Assembly (NCBI RefSeq): GCF_009914755.1 | Contig: NC_060941.1 | From: the human T2T-CHM13v2.0 reference genome, Homo sapiens | Length of the DNA stretch: 64,000 nt | Direction: 5' to 3' (one strand) | Shown here: positions 54,358 to 64,000 of the stretch, one piece after another | How the letters are laid out: each line of letters opens with the position of its first letter | How positions within the stretch are numbered: position 1 is the stretch's first letter | The notes under the pieces: model-generated | Databases searched by the model: none | What the model was told of the DNA's origin: nothing | What the model saw: the letters and a program-made list of their open reading frames with translations, nothing else | Translations under genes and position numbers: made by a program

Positions 54358-54870
54358 TTATGTTCTTGGCAGTATTCTTTTGGGTATAAGATACTGAAAG
54401 AAAAGATGGTGTAAATCCTAAAGAAATCCATAGGCATTAAGGATAGGAGCTATGGTAATAGCCAGGATTCATGGTAACTATAAGCAAAGAGTGGAAAGCT
54501 ACCAGATCCACGCTGCCACTTTCTTAATCTCCCTTCGTCCTGCCCCTCCCTCTTGTCTTCTCTCCATCTCTCACCAGACGCCGAAGTATCTTTGCCTTTC
54601 TCTTTGCTTTGTCTCTACTGTGGCACATGACCCAGCATGGCCATTGCTAGCCTTTCCACGTTGTAATCCTTCAACTTCAGTTACTGTTTTCTGGTGACAT
54701 CTCTTTCTGTCCTTTTGTTGACTCAATGCATGGATATCTGGCTTCATCATGGGTGGGTCCCCTCATGTAATGTGTCCCCCCTCCTGGTCTTTGACCCCTG
54801 AAACCAGGGTCATGTGACCTCCTGTCCCCTGTGGGTAGACTTTCCAGATGTATCTATAAGAATCCCCCAA
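54358..54870 (-). mobile_element. Possible very old MLT1-type LTR
   Basis: Degenerate similarity only (pyrimidine-rich core, CATGGCC, GGGTCATGTGAC). Confidence 0.3.
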
Positions 54871-54880
54871 GCATATGTAA

Positions 54881-55197
<317 letters not shown>

Positions 55198-56069
55198 ACT
55201 TTTGTATTCTTATAGCACTTTGTCATGTAGGTGCCTAAGCACATTGTCATGTATCCACCTAAACAAGTGGATAACATTCAAATACCACATTTGCTCTAGG
55301 AAAATGAACTATTGCATGGCAGGGACTGTTCTGGGTATAGCTGATATTTCCAGCACAGCCACTTGCATATTGTTGTTTAATACTAATATGCTTTAAAAAT
55401 ACAGAATCGGATGAGATTAAGATACTTAAGTTTCTTCCAAATGTATGAGAACATATTTAAAGGCAATGTCAGGGAATTCCAAACTAGAGGCTGCATTTGG
55501 ACTAATAATTTGAGAGCACACTGAGTTTATCAGATTTGTTTTCCTTACCTTGAACAAGCTGCTTCAAAGCAGAAAGATGGGGGTGTCATTTCTCAGCCAT
55601 AGGGGTGACAGAGTCACTTGCATGTAGAGAATGTGCAGAAAGGCAGTTCTAGCGGATACAGAGCCCTGCAAAGAGATCACCTAGTGAGTTCAGAGACGGC
55701 ACTGGGTGGGCTGGCGTCTGTGTGTGTGTGCGGCACTCTCAGAGGACAGCACTTTCTCACCCATCATCCCACTTCCTGCTGGAATGGTTATATGGCAGCC
55801 ACCAGTAGAGCCTTCATTAAGCCCCTCCCTTGGGTCAAGCAGGCCAAGGAAGCGGAAACCTGAGCTTGTACAATAGCAGTCTAGCCTTTGTTTAATGTGG
55901 CTAGGATTTAATGTGTCTAATGTGGTTGAGTGAGGTTGAATGGGGAGAGGAAATTATTGGCAGTAGGTTTGGTGAGGACTGAAGCTGGCCAAATAGGCAC
56001 TTTATTCTAATGATGACCGAATGCTCCTGTTCCTACTCCTTTTACTTGCAAATTAGTTTACTCCCCCCA

Positions 56070-56383
56070 GGCTAGGCGACGAGGTGGCTCACGCCTGTAA
56101 TCGTGGCAATTTGGGAGGTGGAGATGGAAGGATCCCTTGAGCCCAGGAGTTTAAGACCAGCCCGGGCAACATAGTGAGACCCCTAGCTTTACAAAGAAAA
56201 TTAGCCGGGCACAGTGGTGTGTGCCCAGTCCCAGCTACTAGGGAGGCTGAGGCAGGAGAATCCCTTGAGCCCAGGAGTTCAAAACTGCAGCAAGCTGTGA
56301 TTGTACCACTGCACTCCAGCCTGGGCAACACAGTGACATCTTGTCTCAAAAAAAAAAAAAAAAAAGAAAAGGAAAAGAAAAAA
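56070..56383 (+). mobile_element. AluJ
   Basis: GGATCCCTTGAGCCCAGGAGTT in both arms. Confidence 0.9.
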
Positions 56384-56434
56384 CAATCAAATCAGTTTCA
56401 CTTTCCAGTCATTTTTTTTCTGGCCTTCAGTTCA

Positions 56435-57053
<619 letters not shown>

Positions 57054-57625
57054 TCATTGGTTATATGGACTGCTAGGTATTAATTTTAATGTGGATTAGA
57101 AAAAGCAATATAACTTGCACTCCAAGTGTGTGATTCTAAAGCTGTGGCAATCCAGTTTATGCAGAACATACTGATCCCAGGCTTGGTGTAAGCGCATGCT
57201 CGTCAATATTTTAAACCCGTAACCGGACTTTCTTCCGTGGTATTTTTAGAAATACCAGTAGAATGAATAACCATTGCTGTATTGCCTTCACACCCAGGAA
57301 GCTTTCTTCAGCCCTCTCTCTTTGGGACTATCAGGCTCTGCTGGGGATGAGAGTGATTCGGAAAGACTGTTGAGCCCACTCTCCCAGACAGACCACACAG
57401 AAATGAATGCTTGAGCAAGAGTGGACTGTTCTCGGTGTGCCTAGCCTGCATGGTGGCACCGGTCCCTGAAATAATGCCACAGTGAACCAAGGGAAGCCTG
57501 GGCCTGTGCCAACAGTGCCCATGCAGCCGAGCCTCTTGGAAACATAAAAGGGGAATCTAATACAAGTTTGAGTTATGGGCTACTTCTTTTCAGCTTAAAA
57601 AAGTTATTTAAAAATTCAATTAATT

Positions 57626-57923
<298 letters not shown>

Positions 57924-57925
57924 TT

Positions 57926-58238
<313 letters not shown>

Positions 58239-58239
58239 G

Positions 58240-58960
58240 TTTTTAAATGACCAATAATAACTGTATAAATGTATTGGGTTCAATATGATGTTTTGATACA
58301 TGTTTACATTGTGGAATGATTAAATCAGGCTAATTAACTTATCCTTCACCTTACAGACATCATTTTTTGGCGGTGAAAACATTTAAAATGTACTCTTTTA
58401 ACAATTTTTAAATATGCAATGCATTATTATTTATGGTCACCATTCTGCGTACTAGATCACTAAAACTTATTCCTCTTGTCTGTCTGAAAGTTTGTACCCT
58501 TTGCTGAACATTTCTCCTTTCCCCATCCAAACCCCTCTCTCAGCCTCTGATAATCACCATTCTACTTTCTACTGCTATGAGATCAACATTTTTAGCTTCC
58601 ACCTATAAATCAGGTAATGCAGTATTTGTCTTTCTGTGCCTGGTTTATTTCATTTAGCATGATGTCCTCTAGTTCATCCATGTTGTAGCAAATGACAGGA
58701 TTCCTTCTTTTTAAAATGCTAAATAGTATTCCGTTGTGTATATATACCATGTTTTCTTTTCCATTGATGGATTCATAGTTTGCTTCTGTATCTTAGCTGT
58801 TGTGAATAATGCTGTCATGAGTGTGGGAAAGCAGGCATCTCTTGGACATATTTAATTTACTTTGTATGTATCCTCAGTAGTGGGGTTGCCAGATCAGATG
58901 GTAATTCTCCTCTTAGGTTTTGATGGAACACCCATACTGTTTTCTATAACTGGTTGTATG
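58240..58960 (-). mobile_element. L1MA-like 3' end
   Basis: GTTTTGATACATG..TGTGGAATGATTAAATCAGGCTAATTAAC..GTATTTGTCTTTCTGTGCCTGG. Confidence 0.82.
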
Positions 58961-59119
58961 TGGTGGGGATTTTTGGTGGTAAATTATCAAGGTATCTCAT
59001 TTTGAGTATTATTCTAACATTCTTTTCTAAATACAATTTTAAACTTAAGAGCATTATTTTGTTTTTTAATCTCATATACTATTTTGGGCTACTTCTGGAT
59101 TTTTGACCAAGTGTTTCTA

Positions 59120-59414
59120 CTTTTATTTATTTTTTCTTTTCTTTTCTTTTTTTTTTTTTGAGGCGAAGTCTCACTCTGTTGCCCAGGCTGGAGTGCTCAC
59201 TGTAACCTCTGCCTCCCAGGTTCAAGTGATTCTCCTGCCTCAGCCTTCTGAGGAGCTGGGATTACAGGCAAGCGCCATCACGCCTAGCTAATTTTTGTAT
59301 TTTTTGTAGAGATGAGGTTGGCCAGGCTGGTCTTGAACTCCTGATCTCAGGTGATCCTTCCACCTCGGCCTCCTAAAGTGCTGGGATTACAGGCGTCAGC
59401 CACTGTGCCTGGCC
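59120..59414 (-). mobile_element. AluS with two short internal deletions
   Basis: GGAGTG|CTCACTG and GAGGTT|GGCCAGG junctions; TSD TCTACTTTT. Confidence 0.9.
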
Positions 59415-59720
59415 TCTACTTTTCAAATTGCAGTAGTGAAGGAGTTAAAAACATGCCATCCCCAAATATATTTCTCTAGCATATTGACTATGTGAGTTAA
59501 AGACACTTGAAGTACAGCAGATAACAGAAGATCACACTGACCTTCATGCTGTTTCTTAAAAGCCAGAGATGCAATTCCCACGTGAGAGACACCCTCCCCG
59601 TACGAAGAGAAATAACACGCTTATCCTCAATGATATAAAGTTGAGACTAAAAGAATTCTGTAAGACTCTGTTAAAATAACTTCTCTTTTAAGTTTCCCCA
59701 CATATTTCAGATGCTTCTTT

Positions 59721-60172
59721 TTTTAAATAATTATTATTATACTTTAAGTTCTAGGGTACATGTGCACAACGTGCAGGTTTGTTACGTATGTATACATGTG
59801 CTGTGTTGGTTTGCTGCACCCATTAACTCCTCATTTACATTAGGTATTTCATCTAACGCTATCCCTCCTCCCTCCCCCCACCCCATGACAGGCCCCAGTG
59901 TGTGATGTTCCCGTTCCTGTGTCCAAGTGTTCTCATTGTTCAGTTCCCACATATGAGTGAGAACATGCGGTGTTTGGTTTTCTGTCCTTGCAATAGTTTG
60001 CTGAGAATGATGGTTTCCAGCTTCATCCAGGTCCCTACAAAGGACATGAACTCATCATTTTTTATGGCTGCATAGTATTCCATGGTGTATATGTGCCACA
60101 TTTTCTTAATCCAGTCTATCATTGATGGGCATTTGGGTTGGTTCCAAGTCTTTGCTATTGTAAATAGTGCCG
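59721..60172 (-). mobile_element. 5'-truncated L1PA (PA5/6-like)
   Basis: L1 3' UTR plus ORF2 C-terminus (WIKKMWHIYTMEYYAAIKNDEFMSF); perfect 13-bp TSD CAGATGCTTCTTT. Confidence 0.93.
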
Positions 60173-60284
60173 CAGATGCTTCTTTACAACTTACTATTCT
60201 TTGTTCAATTCAGCACACAACTGACTCTAACTGCTTCTAAGAGCCCCTGTGCCACATAAAATCTGTATTAAATAAGCTTATATA

Positions 60285-60629
60285 TAGGCATATCTCGGAG
60301 ATATTGCGGGTTGGGTCCCAATCACTGAAATAAGCAAATATCTCAATAAAGCAAGTCACATGAATTTTTTTGGTTTCCTAGTGCATATAAAGTTTATACT
60401 TACACTAAACTGTAGCCTGTTAACTCTGCAGTAGAATTATGTCTAAAAACAATGCATAGACCTTATTTGTAAAATACTTTATTGCTAAAAGATGCTAAAG
60501 AAATAAGTGCCTCATGTTGGAAAAATGGCACGGACAGACTTGCTTGACTTGCAGTTGCCACGAACCTTCCATTTGTAAAAAAAAACACAGTATCTCTGAA
60601 ATGCAATACAGCTACGCACAGTATGCCTG
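60285..60629 (-). mobile_element. Internally deleted Tigger1 (both termini)
   Basis: AGGCATATCTCGGAGATATTGCGGG left end, GTATGCCTG right end, TA flanks. Confidence 0.82.
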
Positions 60630-60717
60630 TATTTTTCTCCTGTTAAGCTTTTAGATGTCAATTTAATTCTTGGGTCCAGCCTAACAGGATAGAGGTGGAG
60701 TTTTGTCTTCCCTGTAG

Positions 60718-61056
<339 letters not shown>

Positions 61057-61338
61057 TAAAGGTAATATGTTTTAAGAAAAATATGAAGTACTGATAAAGT
61101 GTCTTGGAATGTGACACCTGGTGCCTCTAGGTGACGTGTGGATATAGCAAAGATCTGGAAAGTAGCAAAAGTTAGGCAAACACTGGCTTACATCATTACT
61201 TTGTTCTTACACCTCCTGCTTTTGGAAACTGTGTGTCCCAAGGTCAAGATTGAATCCCCCCTCTGTCTTAAACGCAGAAGCTGGTGTTCCCCTCTCTGAA
61301 CTTTAGTGGTACTATCTATCTATCCCATTAGTTCCCTA

Positions 61339-61511
61339 TTTTTTTTCTTTTCTTTTTCTTTTTTTGAGACAGAGTCTCACTCTAACACCCAGGCTGAAGT
61401 GCAGTGATGTGATCTTGGCTCACTGCAACCTCCGCTTCCCAGGTTCAAGTGATTCTTCTGCGTCGGTCTCCTGAGTAGCTGGAATTACAGGCATGCACCA
61501 CCACACCCAGC

Positions 61512-61548
<37 letters not shown>

Positions 61549-61676
61549 GCATTTTTTAGTAGAGACAGGGTTTCACCATGTTGGCCAGGCTGGTTTGTAT
61601 CTCCTGACTCAAGAGATCTGCTTGCCTTGGTCTCCCAAAATGCTGGGATTACAAGTGTGGACCACCATGCCTGGCC
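61339..61676 (-). mobile_element. AluS with (TA)11 in the linker
   Basis: Antisense Alu; (TA)n at 61512-61533. Confidence 0.9.
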
Positions 61677-61800
61677 CCGATGGGCCCTTAGAGTAGTGGT
61701 CCTGTGTGGTTAGTTCTGCTTCTGTATGCTCAAATCCTGCCTTCCCAACAAGACCTAACACTCTTTGAGGGGAAGAATGGGGTCCATATCTCCAGCCCCA

Positions 61801-62273
61801 AGTAGGGGAAAAGAACCATCTTCCCCCACCCATTGCTATGTTCATGGCTGAAGCCCCTGTGACAAAAACAATTAACAAAAGGAAAGCATAACAAATTTAT
61901 ATAATAAGTTTATGTAATACGGGAAACTTCAGAAATGAAGTCACAAAGAAACAGGTAAACCTGTGTTTTTTCAGTGCTTGGTTTGATGGAGAACTAAGTA
62001 GACCTGGAGAAGAGTGACTGTATTTTTTAAAAGTATGCAAGAAACTTGTGGGAACTTAGCAAAGCTGATTTGTTCAGATTCTTCTCTGTGACCCTGCGTC
62101 TTCAGAGAGAAGAAAGTTCCTTTCCTCTGGGCATAGAAAGAGCCCCCGTGGAACGAGAATCCTGGGACCTGATTCAGGGGAGAAGGGCAGAAGAAGGTGA
62201 GAGTCACTTTCCTGTTTCTGCTGTTTTCTCAAATGTGAATGTACCATGTTTTAGGGTATCCTGAACCCCATCT
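61801..62273 (-). mobile_element. ERV1 MER34-clade solo LTR (copy I)
   Basis: Aligns end-to-end with copy A; 4-bp TSD CCCA. Confidence 0.83.
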
Positions 62274-62289
62274 CCCATCCACCCTGCCT

Positions 62290-62465
62290 CGGCCCATAGT
62301 CTCTTGTACTGTTTAATGACAAGAGCAAATTCCTTATCCTCGCCAAGATTCGGTTTCCCCATCTGTAAACGGAGATAATGATGAGCTCACTTCATACTTT
62401 TACTTCATTGTTGCCAGGGCTAAGGGAGTGAAGCTGGCAATAGATAAATGGTGCCTGATACCATA
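62290..62465 (+). mobile_element. MIR
   Basis: CGGTTTCCCCATCTGTAAAC.GAGATAATG..GTGCCTG. Confidence 0.55.
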
Positions 62466-62559
62466 CACCTTGCGGGGCCATACAAAAGGACACAGCACTC
62501 TGTCCTCCTAGATTGTTAACTTTCAGTCTTAAATAAAAGAGCTAGGGAAGAAAAAGCTG

Positions 62560-63850
62560 TTAAGGGGCCAGTTTGAGAAAGAGACAGTAAGTAACAGTTT
62601 GTTTCTCAGGGGGCGCAGCCTCCCCTGGGTATGGGCAGGAATTTACCAGGCAGCACACACACAGGGCACTTTGAGCACAGCCCACTTACCTGCTAAGACT
62701 TAGGGGGTGTCTGAGGCACTCAGAGCACTGAGCGGGCTATTGTGGGCCCCGAACCAGGAAAAAGCGTCCCTGTAATTGAGCAAAATGCACCCTTTCTCTG
62801 GGTTAAAATTCCCAAACTCAAAAGGTTTCAAGTGATCTTATTTTATTGTTATTTTCTTTAACAGGAGACTTTGAGGTGTGAACTGAAAGTCGTTACTCCT
62901 CCCCTGAGCTTGACTGCTGGGTTACCCAGAGGAGCCCAGTGTCCTGCAATGAATGGGCATATTATGCCTTCCATTAAAAGTTGTGGCTCTTAATTAAAAA
63001 CGTGATCGTGAGTCTTTATGGAGACATTGTTTAGGTTTTCTTTAGCTGTTAACACATAATAAATCATTTTAAAAGGACCTTTTCCCCTATCTTTTAATGG
63101 TTAGTGCATTTTAAAAAAGTGATTTGAAAATAAAACTGGGATTAAATTTAGTGTTTGACAAGGTGCTAAGGGGCTCACCACCTCTGCCAGGATAAGACAA
63201 GAGGGCTTTACTTCATTTGCTACTGACCTTCTTGTTTTCCTAGTTCTAGCCTGGCTTGATCGATTCAAATGGCAGGGTGACTTTGGTGTCAGAAGTTTAA
63301 CTGGCAGGTATCAGGAAAAGCTGCAGGCAGCCTATGCCACCCCATCTTTCCTTTATTATCTTGCAATTACAAAGCATTCAACTCTGCTGAGAAGAAAAGC
63401 CTGCTTTTTTTTATGAACTCTCCAGTAATGCTATAAAGCAAGGAATGACGTGGGTCGCGTGTGGGCGCATGTGTATAATCCATGAATGCCGGAGACCTCG
63501 CCCTCATTCTGTCTTCCTAGCACAGGTTCCTTGAGAGTGCAGTGAATGGCTTGAGATCTTGGCTGCCAGTCATCTTGGGAGTTCTGAGCGAACAGAGGCA
63601 GGGACTGGCTTGTGTCTGAATGACGGTCACAAAGACTTCTGCATTTATTGTGCAAGTTCTTAGGGCCCTTGGGTTGGATGGAACAGAGGACTCAAGACGG
63701 AAGGACAAGCCGGGAGATGTGGCACCGTGGGTGTGCAATGTACCTATAGGAATGCCTGCAGACAGCATTCCTCTGCAAAGGAGGAAAACAATACTCCATG
63801 CGGGTATTATGAGAGGGCACGTGCGAAAGGGTTTTTGCAAACTGAGTGTC
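62560..63850. promoter_or_regulatory. Candidate regulatory region (repeat-free, CpG-retaining, motif-rich)
   Basis: TGACGTGG, TCGCGTG, CACGTG, TGATTTAT, CATTGT and CAGGGGGCGC motifs. Confidence 0.35.
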
Positions 63851-64000
63851 ACCAGACAAATAGGAGAGATGATGATGATGCTTCTGCCAATTCTGCTTCA
63901 CAATCATTTTCAAAAATCATTTCTTTGCAAAATTTCTAGTTGGCTGAGAAGATGGTTTCAGCTCTCTGCGTCCTGCATTCTAATGAGATTTCCAGATAGA

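Larger units (their letters stand above)
59437..60716 (+). mobile_element. ERV1 MER34-clade solo LTR (copy H), split by L1PA and Tigger1
   Basis: TGAAGGAG..ATGCCATCCCCAAATAT..GCATATTGACTAT start; TTCTCCTGTTAA..CTTCCCTGTA end; flanks GTAG/GTAT. Confidence 0.75.

Noticed and set aside
59940-60122. ORF resembling a real protein
   Set aside because: It is the L1 ORF2 C-terminal remnant of a truncated L1PA, not a host gene

Overview
Primate (most likely human/great-ape) non-coding genomic DNA. No credible protein-coding exon, tRNA/rRNA or CpG island is visible; the ORF track is almost entirely Alu-, LTR- and L1-derived noise. By eye the window holds about 40 Alus (J, S and one Y type, ~19% of the window), about 30 solo LTRs (MaLR: MLT1/MST/THE1; ERVL: LTR16; ERV1: LTR27/28-, MER21-, LTR47-, MER34-, MER31/67-, MER57-, MER41-, MER110/89-like), old L1M/L2/MIR/CR1 fragments, one 5'-truncated L1PA, and DNA-transposon relics (MER3, MER6, MER58, MER103, mini-Tigger1). 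The most unusual structure is a 28-kb segment (34.2-62.3 kb) with ~14 ERV1 solo LTRs, nine of them from the MER34-like clade, including a 2.3-kb nest of LTRs inside an LTR. Repeat-free islands between them retain CpGs and clustered TF motifs (ACGTG/HRE cores plus a perfect ETS site at ~45.1-45.9 kb; UPRE/XRE/E-box at ~63.4-63.8 kb). My best hypothesis (inference) is a fossil retroviral integration hot-spot marking a long-lived germline/embryonic open-chromatin or piRNA-producing domain. Repeat family and subfamily names are from recalled consensus sequences, not a database search; boundaries of old elements are approximate.
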